A DNA stretch of 64,000 nucleotides from a virus, in the IMG/VR virus record IMGVR_UViG_3300034069_000660, positions 1-64,000 of that record, one strand, 5' to 3'. Of the stretch, positions 33,776 through 43,033 are shown piece by piece. A model generated the notes under the pieces. That model was not told the DNA's origin and made no database searches. It was given only the letters and a program-made list of their open reading frames with translations. The position numbers and the translations under genes are program-made. Position 1 is the first letter of the stretch, and the number at the start of each line of letters is the position of its first letter.

Positions 33776-35434
33776 TCAATATGCACCCCATGGGTCTTCG
33801 ACGTCCTCGCCGGCCGCCTGCATTGCCGCAAGACGCTCTTCGTCGCTGCCCGGCTCGACGATCTCTGGACCCGCGTTGGTGCCGCCCCGATCGGTCGGAA
33901 CCAGCTTGCCGAAGGCGCGGCTGCTGGCATCGACCTGATCCTTATATGATCCGGCGGGGAAGTTCCGCAATTCCTCCCTGTATGCACTGTTCCAATCGCC
34001 CTTCACCATGAAGACGCGGCCGGCTCCCACCATCGCGGCGAAAGGCTCCGCACGCGTTTCCTTGTCGCCGCTTTCTGGCGTAATTTCGAAGTCGAGCCCC
34101 GCCAGCAGTTCCGCCCAGTTCCACTTCACAACCTTGCCGGTCGCTCCGGGGTCCTGCGGCAGGCTGTGGAGCGTCCTTGGACCATAGTCGCGGGTGTCCT
34201 GACGGGTGACGACCTCGACCATCTTGTTCAGTTCGGTCGGGTTGGTGCGGCGGCGATCGACGTGCAGGATATAGTAATCCCCGCCGACGCGCTTCATCAG
34301 GGTCCGGACGGTAAACGGGCTGTTCTTCCGCTTGGACCCGGCGATATCCCACCCGGCGACTATCTTGCCGCCGCCCGGCGCGACCGGGACCGTCTCGATC
34401 AGATCGACCTTGAACATGCCGCCTTCGCGCGGTGCCGGGCTCTGCTGATACTGGCCTGCCCAGACATAGTCGCCGGCTTTCTTCTGGCGGGCGATGGCGG
34501 TCGGCGGCATCCGGACCGGGTCCATCAACTCGCCTTCATACGATCGTGGATCGCACCAGTTCTTTTTGCCGCCGCCCGGGACGTCGACGCGCAGCGGGGT
34601 TTCACACTTCCGCTCGACCTCGAACTCCATCGGGATCATCAGATGAACGAACCCGAAGTCACGCGCCAGCAACGCCCCTGTGAGATCGTCCTGATGGATA
34701 CGCTGCATCACGATCACCATCGCCGACGTTTCTGCGTCGTTCGACCGGTTCAGGCCACCTTCGATGAACTTGCGGACGGTGCCGGTGCGCTCTGTCTCAC
34801 TCTCGGCACCGTCGACGCTGTGCGGATCGTCGATGATCACGACGTCGCCGCGCTTGCCGGTGATCGCCGCGAAGGCGACGCCCTGACGGAACCCGAAATC
34901 GTGGTTTTCGAACGACGTCTCGCCGGCACGCTTCAACTTGCCGGACCGGTCGAACACCTCCGGCCATAGTTCGCGGTACCAGTCCGACAGGATCAGATCG
35001 CGGGTCTTCCGGGTGTCGCGGGTGACGTTGGCAAGATCGAACGATGACGATACCCAGCGGCTTGCGGCATTGCCGAACGGTCCCCAGACCCATGCCTGCC
35101 ACATCACCGACACGATCATCGACTTCGACGAACCCGGGGGGACGTTGATGATCAGCCACGGCGTCATCTGGCCCCGGGTGATCGCTTCCAGATGGTCGCA
35201 CATGGCTTGGAGGTGCCATGACCATTTCAGGGGGTTGCGCGGTTCGAGGACGTGCCACGCTTCCTTCACGAAGCCGGCGAGGGTGCGACACCGCCCCCGG
35301 ATTGCGTCGGCGTTCGCCCGGGTCTGTTCGAGGTCTGACTCGGCGAGTTCGCGCGCCAGCTGCGCCCGCAGGCTCCGAAGCGCGCCGCGATCCAGCGTCG
35401 CGACGTCGGGCAGATCAACCGTCAGCGCCGCCAT
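33776..35434 (-). CDS. terL: Terminase large subunit
   Basis: Walker A-like NVPPGSSKS and VVIIDDPHS. C-terminal nuclease-region motifs (GWDIAGS..., KDQVDAS). Confidence 0.9.
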   Translation of the reverse strand: MAALTVDLPDVATLDRGALRSLRAQLARELAESDLEQTRANADAIRGRCRTLAGFVKEAWHVLEPRNPLKWSWHLQAMCDHLEAITRGQMTPWLIINVPPGSSKSMIVSVMWQAWVWGPFGNAASRWVSSSFDLANVTRDTRKTRDLILSDWYRELWPEVFDRSGKLKRAGETSFENHDFGFRQGVAFAAITGKRGDVVIIDDPHSVDGAESETERTGTVRKFIEGGLNRSNDAETSAMVIVMQRIHQDDLTGALLARDFGFVHLMIPMEFEVERKCETPLRVDVPGGGKKNWCDPRSYEGELMDPVRMPPTAIARQKKAGDYVWAGQYQQSPAPREGGMFKVDLIETVPVAPGGGKIVAGWDIAGSKRKNSPFTVRTLMKRVGGDYYILHVDRRRTNPTELNKMVEVVTRQDTRDYGPRTLHSLPQDPGATGKVVKWNWAELLAGLDFEITPESGDKETRAEPFAAMVGAGRVFMVKGDWNSAYREELRNFPAGSYKDQVDASSRAFGKLVPTDRGGTNAGPEIVEPGSDEERLAAMQAAGEDVEDPWGAY

Positions 35435-35972
35435 CGGCCTCTCCGCTGTCGATCAGCTTGTCCAGCACGGGCAGCAGGGCGCGCTTCTCTTCGTCCGACA
35501 GCTTGGTCAGGTCGAAGTTCGCGTGGCGGATCGGTCCACCATCCCGGCCGGTCATTTCGACCTTCGTGGACCAGCCGCCAAGCCGCGCCAGCGTGAATTT
35601 CAGCGCGTCGAGGTTGCCCTTGGCCTTGTCCGTGGTGCCGTTGCGAGCATGTTCCATCATCTGCGACCCGAGATCGAACATCACCTGTGCACGGCCCATT
35701 TCCATGTCATCGGCGAAGTGCCGGCGCAGCGTGTCGCGGCTGAAACCCATGAGCCGCGCGATGAAGTGTTCGCCTTGGATCGGGAAGACCTTCGCCATTT
35801 CCCGGACCTTCTCGCGCTGTTCGTCGGTCGGGACGAAGGGCGGGTTGCCGATGCGACCACCGTTCTTTCCTTCTCGCGTCCCTGCACCGGGCGGGGTGCC
35901 CCGGGCATCGTCGTCTCTGATCTTCGCGCCCTTCCTGCGCAGTGGTTTTTCGTCGGACATGGGCGGCGTCAT
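35415..35972 (-). CDS. terS: Terminase small subunit (HTH-containing, 185 aa; alternative start 35960)
   Basis: Immediately upstream of terL and overlapping it. Basic N-terminus and a helix-turn-helix-like segment. Confidence 0.65.
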   Translation of the reverse strand: MTPPMSDEKPLRRKGAKIRDDDARGTPPGAGTREGKNGGRIGNPPFVPTDEQREKVREMAKVFPIQGEHFIARLMGFSRDTLRRHFADDMEMGRAQVMFDLGSQMMEHARNGTTDKAKGNLDALKFTLARLGGWSTKVEMTGRDGGPIRHANFDLTKLSDEEKRALLPVLDKLIDSGEADGGADG

Positions 35973-36003
35973 AATCCTGTGCAGGGGTGGGGTCGAGTCC
36001 GGG

Positions 36004-37284
36004 TCAGTCGAACAGGGTCAGGCCCTTGGCGGGCGCGGCGCGGGCGGCTTTGCGGCGCAGGTGCTGTTCCATCACGCGGCCTCCTTCGCCGCGCAGATGC
36101 GCCAGCTTGCGCGTGATATCGGCGACATGTTCCGGGACCAGATCGATCAGTTCCGCGTTCATCCGCTCCGCCAGTGCCGCGATCCCGGTGGTGCCTGATC
36201 CGGCAAACGGGTCCAGCAGCAGGCCGCCCGGCGGACAAATCAGGCGGATCAGCCACCGCATCACGTCCACCGGCTTTACAGTTGGGTGTTCGGACCCAAG
36301 TCGATCGAGCGGGCCAGCCTTGGCACTGTAGAAGAACCGGGAGGCGTTGCCCGACGATCCACCGATGCCGTGTTCAGCTGCGCCACCCTCAAATCCGCCG
36401 AATATCTCGCCGAACTTGTTGCTGCGCCGGCTGGCCGGGGTGCCGCCCCCGGACTGTTCCGGGAACAGCGCCACGACCTCGTCGCTGCCGTCATGGATCA
36501 GATTGGCGGGGAAGCGGCCGGCTGGCGTGGTGTCGATAAGCGCGCGGGGCGACGCGACGCGGGGCACGGCTGGATCGTGACGGCAGGGTATCGCCCCCGC
36601 CCCCTCGCGCAGCACTTCGTCATGAGGCACCCGACAGGCATCGATATTCAGCCCGCCGACGCCGTGGGTCAGCACGTTCGAGGCGACGGTCGGTTTATTA
36701 AACGGCTTTCGCGCCAGACATATCGGCTCCCAAGCCGGTTTCAGGGCAGTGCCCCACCCGTTCCATTCCTGCGCGGCGGCGGTGGCAGGGACAGTGATGG
36801 TCCCCGGATGCCCGGCATAGTCCCCAAAGGCGTTGGTATTCAGGGAAGGGGTTTGACGCTGCGCCACGGCGGCATCGTAACCAACCACTTCACGAACGGC
36901 CCCAGCTTCCCGATCGATTGCCTTCGACACGTCCAACGACTTCGGGAATCCAGACCCATAGGTCCACGCCAGCTGATCCCTGATCTCGAACCCGGCGTCT
37001 TCAATCGCGACCGCCATCCGGTGATAGGTCCTCGTACCGCTGAACGCGACAAGGTGCGCGCCGGGCTTCATCTGGTCGAAGATCGCGCGCCACGTCTCCG
37101 GGTTGAAGGCGACACCGCTGCGATCCCAGCCGCGACCCATGAATCCGAGTTCATACGGGGGGTCTGTCACCACCGCGTCGAACAGCGGTCCGGTCCGTGC
37201 GCGCAGCACCGCGACGCAATCGCCTTCGGTGACGTTGATTCTGACGGGACTGGGGGGTAGCTGGGTCATGCGGTCTGTGTCCAT
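36004..37284 (-). CDS. Orphan DNA methyltransferase (N6-A/N4-C, beta class; alternative start 37269)
   Basis: DPPY motif (VVTDPPYELG) precedes the SAM motif (LLDPFAGSGTTGIAA). No adjacent endonuclease. Confidence 0.85.
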   Translation of the reverse strand: MDTDRMTQLPPSPVRINVTEGDCVAVLRARTGPLFDAVVTDPPYELGFMGRGWDRSGVAFNPETWRAIFDQMKPGAHLVAFSGTRTYHRMAVAIEDAGFEIRDQLAWTYGSGFPKSLDVSKAIDREAGAVREVVGYDAAVAQRQTPSLNTNAFGDYAGHPGTITVPATAAAQEWNGWGTALKPAWEPICLARKPFNKPTVASNVLTHGVGGLNIDACRVPHDEVLREGAGAIPCRHDPAVPRVASPRALIDTTPAGRFPANLIHDGSDEVVALFPEQSGGGTPASRRSNKFGEIFGGFEGGAAEHGIGGSSGNASRFFYSAKAGPLDRLGSEHPTVKPVDVMRWLIRLICPPGGLLLDPFAGSGTTGIAALAERMNAELIDLVPEHVADITRKLAHLRGEGGRVMEQHLRRKAARAAPAKGLTLFD

Positions 37285-37351
37285 GCAGGTTGCCGGGGCC
37301 GGGGTGTTGACGCACCGCCGGCCCCACCCATGAACCGCCCCCGGGTGATGG

Positions 37352-37654
37352 TCAACGGCGGCGGGGTTTCCGCCTCCCGCGCAGATGGCGTGGAATCGAA
37401 CAGGTGATGACCTCGCCTGTGCCGGCGGTCATGGTCAGGGTGTCGGGGATTGGTCCGATACCGGCCTGCCACCCGATGCGTTCGAGCCGGGCGGCTTCGG
37501 CTTGGTCGGCGAGGTGCTTGGCCTGATGGCAGGGGCCGCAGAAGTCGCCGGGCTTCCATCGTGGTCCGACGCGGTGCCCGACGTCACAGACCTTAGCGGG
37601 CGGGTGGGGAACAGTTCGAGGCTTAGGGCCTGTCGGTTTCCGGGGGGTCTTCAT
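37352..37654 (-). CDS. Hypothetical basic protein (100 aa; start uncertain)
   Basis: ORF track only. Overlaps the upstream ORF by 32 nt. Confidence 0.3.
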   Translation of the reverse strand: MKTPRKPTGPKPRTVPHPPAKVCDVGHRVGPRWKPGDFCGPCHQAKHLADQAEAARLERIGWQAGIGPIPDTLTMTAGTGEVITCSIPRHLRGRRKPRRR

Positions 37655-37826
37655 CCCCGGACAGAATCACAAGGGGCTCGATCGCGTCAATGGCGGCCTC
37701 GATCCAGACGTTCGAGTAGCCGGCACGGACGGAAGCGGCGGTGTTCGCCCATGCCGGCCCGGTGCGTTCGAGCGCCAGCGCATAGGCCTTGCGGGCTTCG
37801 ATGCGGGCGGCTGATGTTCTTGCCAT
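37623..37826 (-). CDS. Hypothetical protein (67 aa)
   Basis: Start is M6 of ORF 37623-37841. Confidence 0.35.
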   Translation of the reverse strand: MARTSAARIEARKAYALALERTGPAWANTAASVRAGYSNVWIEAAIDAIEPLVILSGDEDPPETDRP

Positions 37827-37850
37827 GTCGCCGCCTATCACCGTCCCGGG

Positions 37851-38189
37851 TCAGCGTCGAGATATGCGAGTCATCTTCCCGCAATGATCGCATTTGGTGC
37901 GGCTCCGTTCGTCAAGGCGTGCCTGCGCTTCCTTCGCTGCTTTCTGACTTTCGGCATAGCGGCGATCTTCCGTCGCCAGCTGACCTAACACCCACATGGG
38001 GTTCAGCTTGGTTTGGCAGCGACTGCACGTCACCTCCGCTTCCGACGGATCAATGTAATATTGAACCATCGTGTGCGTGCAGCCACGGGGGCCCGGGACC
38101 TCATACGGTCCCAGCAGGGTCCGTTCTTTGGCAGGCGGCTCCCGGTATCGGACCGGCAGGCGGGTGACCTTGTCGTCATCGTCGGACAT
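37851..38189 (-). CDS. Zinc-ribbon-like protein (112 aa)
   Basis: Start is M37 of ORF 37851-38297. Contains CSRC...CDHC pairs. Confidence 0.5.
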   Translation of the reverse strand: MSDDDDKVTRLPVRYREPPAKERTLLGPYEVPGPRGCTHTMVQYYIDPSEAEVTCSRCQTKLNPMWVLGQLATEDRRYAESQKAAKEAQARLDERSRTKCDHCGKMTRISRR

Positions 38190-38333
38190 TCGGCATTCTT
38201 CCGGGCCAATAGGGGAAGAGGGCCAGCTGATAGCCCTCCCCGGGGTGAAGGCGATCGAGGGACAGGCACGTCGGACAGGTGCAGCGCATTGCCGCAACAG
38301 CCGGGGCCTGCCGCACGATCGCGACAGGCGGCT

Positions 38334-38540
38334 TCACAGGAGCGCGCCCTGACGGTCATCGGCCGGAGGCGGGGTGTTGTCGGGCTTCGGGAGCGGTTGT
38401 GCCGTGGCGTCGCATCCTGCGCAGCGCCACGGCGTATCCTTGGCCCCACCGTCCCGGTTGAAAGACGGGAAGCGCGCCCCGCAGTCGTGACACCGCGCCG
38501 GCTTCCATGACGGCGCGACGGTGGGCCGACCCCATGTCAC
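38334..38540 (-). CDS. Zinc-ribbon-like protein (68 aa, GTG start)
   Basis: GTGA start/stop overlap with the upstream gene. Contains CHDC...CAGC. Confidence 0.45.
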   Translation of the reverse strand: MTWGRPTVAPSWKPARCHDCGARFPSFNRDGGAKDTPWRCAGCDATAQPLPKPDNTPPPADDRQGALL

Positions 38541-38797
38541 CCCTTGGTCGCTCCGCAGGCGGTGCAGATTCGACCGGGCATCGCACGGTGATCGATCGTG
38601 CAGCGGTGCCCGGCGGCGGTCGCGGTCGCCTCTGCCGCGATCTCGCCCATCAGCTGATCGGCGGCGGCGTGATGCGCGTCCCCCATCAGGCACAGCAGTT
38701 CGGAGTTCTCGGGACGATCGGTGGCGTTCTCGCCTTCGTTGCGAAGCGCGTCACCAAGGGCGCGCAGCGCGCGGGCGTGGTCCATCAGATGACTCAC
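38537..38797 (-). CDS. Hypothetical protein (86 aa) with C-terminal CxxC
   Basis: ORF track. ATGA-type coupling with its neighbours. Confidence 0.5.
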   Translation of the reverse strand: MSHLMDHARALRALGDALRNEGENATDRPENSELLCLMGDAHHAAADQLMGEIAAEATATAAGHRCTIDHRAMPGRICTACGATKG

Positions 38798-39012
38798 AGC
38801 GACAGTCCCGCCATGTCGATCTCCACGGTGCCGACGTGTTCGCCGCCCCGGTACAGCTGCCAGATCGTCGCGATGACGTGGAAGCCTTGCGTGACCCTAT
38901 CGGTCAGGACCGCACCGTCGACGCAATCGAGATAGGGGCGCAGGTAGCGCGGGGCCTTGGACATGGCACGGCCTGTGAAGCTGAATTGGCGAGACGGGGT
39001 AGGGCCGGGCAT
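38794..39012 (-). CDS. Hypothetical protein (72 aa)
   Basis: ORF track. 1-nt start/stop overlap with the upstream gene and 4-nt overlap with the downstream gene. Confidence 0.5.
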   Translation of the reverse strand: MPGPTPSRQFSFTGRAMSKAPRYLRPYLDCVDGAVLTDRVTQGFHVIATIWQLYRGGEHVGTVEIDMAGLSL

Positions 39013-39497
39013 CAGTTTTCCTCCCGTGCATCGTTGACGCCCCGATTGTAGCCCACTTCCTCCGCTGTCCTGACCGCGTTTTCATGCCGGGTCAGATGCG
39101 CTCGATAGGCCGCAAGGCCGTCTGCGCTTTCAGCGTGCAGCCGGGCCGTCGCCTCGAACAGGGCTTCCTCTGCCTGCCGAAGGGCTTTGACCAGACCACC
39201 CTCGCTGCCCCTGATCTGGCACGCCGGGACTTGTTCTTCGGTGATCCCGAAGTGCTGCCGGGCGCAGGCGGCATCGGTGAAGACCTCGTCGCAATGGTAG
39301 CAGCGCCATTCCTTCGGCTTGTCCATGTCGATCAGGGCCTGCGCGATCTTGTTCAGGTCGAACGCACCGTCGAGCGTGACGCTATCGGTGCCAAGGTCGC
39401 CAGCGACCCAGCCGATGCTGCCCTTGTTGTCGTCGCTGTCCAGCTGTGCGCGGCATTCGATCAGGATCGCGTCGGCGATCTGCTGCTGCATCGTCAT
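39012..39497 (-). CDS. Hypothetical protein (161 aa) with CxxC...C motif and C-terminal coiled coil
   Basis: ORF track. Coupled overlaps on both sides. Confidence 0.55.
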   Translation of the reverse strand: MTMQQQIADAILIECRAQLDSDDNKGSIGWVAGDLGTDSVTLDGAFDLNKIAQALIDMDKPKEWRCYHCDEVFTDAACARQHFGITEEQVPACQIRGSEGGLVKALRQAEEALFEATARLHAESADGLAAYRAHLTRHENAVRTAEEVGYNRGVNDAREEN

Positions 39498-39664
39498 TCG
39501 TCATCCCCTTGTTCGTCATCATCGTCATCATCTGCGCCGGCCATGCTCCATTCGTCATATTCGGCGCACCCGCCGCAATAGAAAGGCGCGGTATCGCCCG
39601 GCGGGGCCTCGACGCGGTTGCAGCCATAGCACCGGTTCGGCTTCGGCTTTTCGGCGTCGGTCAT
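39494..39664 (-). CDS. Small zinc-ribbon protein with poly-Asp tail (56 aa)
   Basis: Translation MTDAEKPKPNRCYGCN...YCGGCAEY...DDDDDDEQGDDE. ATGA overlap with the upstream stop. Confidence 0.5.
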   Translation of the reverse strand: MTDAEKPKPNRCYGCNRVEAPPGDTAPFYCGGCAEYDEWSMAGADDDDDDEQGDDE

Positions 39665-40488
39665 GGACAGCACCGGGGCGATCCGCCGCAGACGTTGGCA
39701 TAGTGCCCCAGTTCGAAGTCCGACGGGTCGCCCTCCCATTCGGTGTCCCGTTCGCAGCCACGGCACTCGAAATAGAGCCGGCCGTCGCATTCCCATAACC
39801 CGTCGGGCAGATCGTCGTCCGGTGGCACGTTTTCGGCACAGTCGGGCATATGCCCATCCGTGGTTCCGCAGGTGGCGCAGCGATGACTCATGGACACCGG
39901 GTGCGCGTTCCTCGCCAATAACAGCAGGCGTTCGATCGTGTCGGCCTCCGTCTCGCCGGGCAGGGCAAGGGGGCTTGCATTGTGAGGCACGACATAATCG
40001 CCGCGACAATTGAAGCGACCAAGGTTCCGGGGCGGGGCGAGGTTGTCCCAGAACGGATCGTCGAGCGCGGGGACAGCATCGTGAAACGGACGTGCGCGCT
40101 GATCGAGCGCAGTTTCCCACCGGATAAACCGGGGCTGGACGGGCCAAGGGGCAGCGGTGACCCGGCCGCGCATCGGCGGGGGCGGGACGGTGACGTCCGC
40201 CGGCCACCGACCAAGGGTCGAGCAACGCGGGCAGCGTGCCTTGGTCAGCGCTTCACCCTCGCCGGTCCAGCCGTGCCGCGTGAACACCGTAGCGGCGTCA
40301 GCGGTTGAGATATCCGGCCACGGCTGCACCGCCGATCCGACGATGACATGAGACACCGGACACCGGCTGCATTCAAGCCAGATGCCCCGGGGGCCGCCGA
40401 AGGCGTTGCCGGCGGTTGCGATCCCATAGGACTGCCGCGCCAGCGTGGCAGCGGCGAGGGTCGCCGCCCTTTCGAGGTCAGAGATCAT
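39661..40488 (-). CDS. Cys-rich protein (275 aa), unknown function
   Basis: Start is M40 of ORF 39661-40605 (ATGA overlap with the upstream gene). At least 6 CxxC/CxC pairs. Confidence 0.55.
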   Translation of the reverse strand: MISDLERAATLAAATLARQSYGIATAGNAFGGPRGIWLECSRCPVSHVIVGSAVQPWPDISTADAATVFTRHGWTGEGEALTKARCPRCSTLGRWPADVTVPPPPMRGRVTAAPWPVQPRFIRWETALDQRARPFHDAVPALDDPFWDNLAPPRNLGRFNCRGDYVVPHNASPLALPGETEADTIERLLLLARNAHPVSMSHRCATCGTTDGHMPDCAENVPPDDDLPDGLWECDGRLYFECRGCERDTEWEGDPSDFELGHYANVCGGSPRCCP

Positions 40489-40643
40489 CGGTTCATCATC
40501 CGGATCAGAGCGAGGGAAGCCCGACGGCGCAGGAAGCGGATCACGGGGGTTGCGACCCCCTTTCCGACGTTCCAGCCAAAGGACAGGGCGAACATGATCA
40601 GCCACAGGTTGAAGAACTGATGCGGGGACAGGTGGTCGATCAT
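40485..40643 (-). CDS. Small membrane protein (52 aa)
   Basis: Start is M14 of ORF 40485-40682. ATGA coupling on both sides. One TM helix. Confidence 0.45.
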   Translation of the reverse strand: MIDHLSPHQFFNLWLIMFALSFGWNVGKGVATPVIRFLRRRASLALIRMMNR

Positions 40644-40930
40644 CGTATCCCCACCAGATAGAGCGGGCGTGCCGACCGCCACGCCACGCCGTTGACGAAT
40701 TCGCAGACCTCGACTTCCCCAGCTGCGACCAGCTTGATCAGCTGGCCCCGGGTCGCTTCCTTGTCAGCGGCGCGGGCACCGCCAGCGATCTGCCGGATCG
40801 CGCCGATCCCGTGCCAGAGCGCACCGTGGGGACCTTCGTCGCGTTCTTCACGACGTCGCCAGCGGCGCAGCCCCTGAACGATCCGGTCACGATCGGCGGA
40901 GACGTGCGGCTTGTCGGGCATCGGCATCAT
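40640..40930 (-). CDS. Hypothetical protein (96 aa)
   Basis: ORF track. ATGA overlap with the upstream gene. Confidence 0.5.
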   Translation of the reverse strand: MMPMPDKPHVSADRDRIVQGLRRWRRREERDEGPHGALWHGIGAIRQIAGGARAADKEATRGQLIKLVAAGEVEVCEFVNGVAWRSARPLYLVGIR

Positions 40931-41526
40931 GCGTCCCCTTTGATGCGGTCGATGTTGCCGTGCGCAACGGTGAAGGTCAGGGCGACCACCTCCGGGTCAT
41001 CACTCCACCGTTCGCCTTCCTTGGTGTGAAGGCTCCCCCACAGATCACCGAAGGCGTCGTCAGGCCATATCCGCCAGTCGAGGTCAGTCGACCCGCGATA
41101 TGACGGCAGCAGGCCGCCGATGTAGCTGGTTTCGAGCCCTTCGGCCTTGGCATCCTGTTCGCTGATCGACCGCAACCGCTCGACGCGGACGTCTGTCACC
41201 GTCAGCGTCAGCCGCGACGCCCACCGGGGCATATGGATCGACGGGCGATACTTCGGATAGGCGGGGAGGGGCTTGCCGGGCGTGACCGCCCCGATCGGCA
41301 CCTGTTCAACGAATTCGGTGTGGCTGGCGTTCTGATGCGCGCGGTACCTGACGTCGATCACGTCCGAGAAGGTGCCACCGCTGCAGATCGCCTCCCGGAC
41401 GTACAGACGATCGCCGACGGCGACGCGCGCCAGCGGCGAGGTCGCCAGCCGGCGGGTCTGGGTCTTCCTGCCGGCGTGCAGGGCGCGGACCATCGGGGCG
41501 GAGAAGATGATGGGATGGTCGGTCAC
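40927..41526 (-). CDS. ASCH/PUA-like domain protein
   Basis: IIFSAPMVRALHAGRKTQTRR and MPRWASRLTLTVTDVRVERL..ISEQDAKAEG are typical of the phage ASCH family. Confidence 0.7.
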   Translation of the reverse strand: MTDHPIIFSAPMVRALHAGRKTQTRRLATSPLARVAVGDRLYVREAICSGGTFSDVIDVRYRAHQNASHTEFVEQVPIGAVTPGKPLPAYPKYRPSIHMPRWASRLTLTVTDVRVERLRSISEQDAKAEGLETSYIGGLLPSYRGSTDLDWRIWPDDAFGDLWGSLHTKEGERWSDDPEVVALTFTVAHGNIDRIKGDA

Positions 41527-41999
41527 CGGCCCTTCCTTTCGAACATAGCCTGTTCGTGCGTGCGCCGCGCTACCGCATCAGGGGTAAAGTCGGTCGCGCC
41601 CGGGTCGGGCAGCTGCATCAGGGCATCAGCCAGCGCGTCGGGGCCGGCATTCCAGTTGCGCTCGATCACCTCGATCAGCATCGGCCGCTCAACGTGCCGT
41701 TCGACCGCCATGATAGCGTCGGCGATCCATCTGCCCATCGTGCGCTCGCCTTTATAGCCGGCGAACGCCCCGGGGTCAGATGCCACGCGCGCCAGCATCA
41801 TGCGGCGCGGCGGATAGGCGGCCGGGTTGTCGACGACATGGGCGGAGCGTGCCTTAACGTCCAGCAAAGCATGATCGATCAGCAGATCGTGCAGATCACG
41901 GGCGCGAATGGTGACCATTGCCTTGCCCGATCCCTCCTTTGCACGTTCGAGCGCGTCAGTGAGACGGCGCATTGTCAAGTCGAACGTCACAGCTTCCAC
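41523..41999 (-). CDS. Hypothetical protein (158 aa)
   Basis: ORF track. Coupled to the downstream gene. Confidence 0.55.
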   Translation of the reverse strand: MEAVTFDLTMRRLTDALERAKEGSGKAMVTIRARDLHDLLIDHALLDVKARSAHVVDNPAAYPPRRMMLARVASDPGAFAGYKGERTMGRWIADAIMAVERHVERPMLIEVIERNWNAGPDALADALMQLPDPGATDFTPDAVARRTHEQAMFERKGR

Positions 42000-42289
42000 C
42001 CTCCCGCGATCAGCTTAGCCCCGGCCGCGAACACCCGTTCGGGGTGGGGGCTGTCCATCAGGCGGTTGCGGGCATCGGTGCAGGCGTGCCCGTACATGCC
42101 ATAGCATTCCGTGACCGGGCACGTCGTCTGCTGCACTTCACTGACGGTCAGCGTTTCCCCGGCATATTCCTCCGCCACCTTCCACCGGGACAGGCGCTGG
42201 TTCCAGTCGGGGTTTCGCCCACCGTGGGCGGGGGTCTGTTCGGTCCGGCGGAGGCGCTTGCCTGCCGTGGACCAATCCGTTTTTGCCAT
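41987..42289 (-). CDS. Hypothetical protein (100 aa)
   Basis: ORF track. AAAGGA SD. Preceded by one of the few intergenic gaps, which carries the palindrome. Confidence 0.5.
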   Translation of the reverse strand: MAKTDWSTAGKRLRRTEQTPAHGGRNPDWNQRLSRWKVAEEYAGETLTVSEVQQTTCPVTECYGMYGHACTDARNRLMDSPHPERVFAAGAKLIAGGWKL

Positions 42290-42350
42290 GTCGTGTCCTT
42301 TGGTGGGTGCCGCTCCGGTATCGGAGTCGACGGGGTCTGCATAGCGCGAC

Positions 42351-42365
42351 GCTGCGACGGTCGCA
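42351..42365 (-). promoter_or_regulatory. Palindromic operator/promoter element copy 1 (TGCGAC-N-GTCGCA)
   Basis: The minus strand reads ATTGCGACCGTCGCAGCGTCGCGCTATGCAG. The palindrome overlaps a TTGCGA(-35)-N16-CTATGC(-10)-like arrangement. Confidence 0.5.
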
Positions 42366-42371
42366 ATCCCG

Positions 42372-42716
42372 TCAGAAGCGTCCGGTGCCGTTCATGATCC
42401 AATCTTTCCAGCGTTGAATGTCAGCGACCGGGTCCGCATCGCCGTCGTTCCAGCGGGACACATCGAATCCGAGAACTTCCGCCAGCTGTCCGCCGCTCTG
42501 CCGGAGAAACAGCACCGGCGGCCGGGGCAGTGAGGCTGCGATAGCGAAGGCGCTGCATCCGGTCATCAGGTTCCCGGACAGAGACGGTGCGCAGGCCAGC
42601 GCGTATCCGCTGCACCACAGTTCGTTAGGATCGGCCCACGGATCATCGACAATGATGCGGTCGCCGCGCGTGCCAGACAGGTGAATGTTGCCACGATGAT
42701 GCCGGGGCCGCGTCAT
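42372..42716 (-). CDS. Hypothetical protein (114 aa)
   Basis: Start is M45 of ORF 42372-42848. ATGA overlap with the upstream gene. Confidence 0.5.
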   Translation of the reverse strand: MTRPRHHRGNIHLSGTRGDRIIVDDPWADPNELWCSGYALACAPSLSGNLMTGCSAFAIAASLPRPPVLFLRQSGGQLAEVLGFDVSRWNDGDADPVADIQRWKDWIMNGTGRF

Positions 42717-43021
42717 CGGTTGATCGTCCTGTCCAGCGTGTCGGTGACCAGCACGATCGCGTTGTCGAGGATGACGGGCTGGCGGATGAACTCCTGCCAC
42801 GTCACGATCTGGCTGGCCCTGACTTCGTCCTTCTGGCTGGTATCCCATCCCCGGACCATCAGGCCATCGTCCAGCAGCACGATCGCAACCCCGCGCGATC
42901 CGCCGATGGGCATCGATGCGAGCCGGGCCGCTTTGGCGGCGCGCTGCAGGTATTCAATCGTCATCGTCGTTGCATTTCCAAGGCGCTGTGAGGGGTCCGG
43001 GTGCGCCAGCGCCCAACGCAT
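42713..43021 (-). CDS. Hypothetical protein (102 aa; alternative start 42964 gives 83 aa)
   Basis: ORF track. Confidence 0.45.
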   Translation of the reverse strand: MRWALAHPDPSQRLGNATTMTIEYLQRAAKAARLASMPIGGSRGVAIVLLDDGLMVRGWDTSQKDEVRASQIVTWQEFIRQPVILDNAIVLVTDTLDRTINR

Positions 43022-43033
43022 CCCGGGAAACGA

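Noticed and set aside
38190-38333. A 37-aa CxCxxC ORF (ATG 38289) in the 144-nt gap upstream of 38189.
   Set aside because: It has no SD, is very short, and overlaps the next gene's start in a different frame. Evidence is insufficient to call it.
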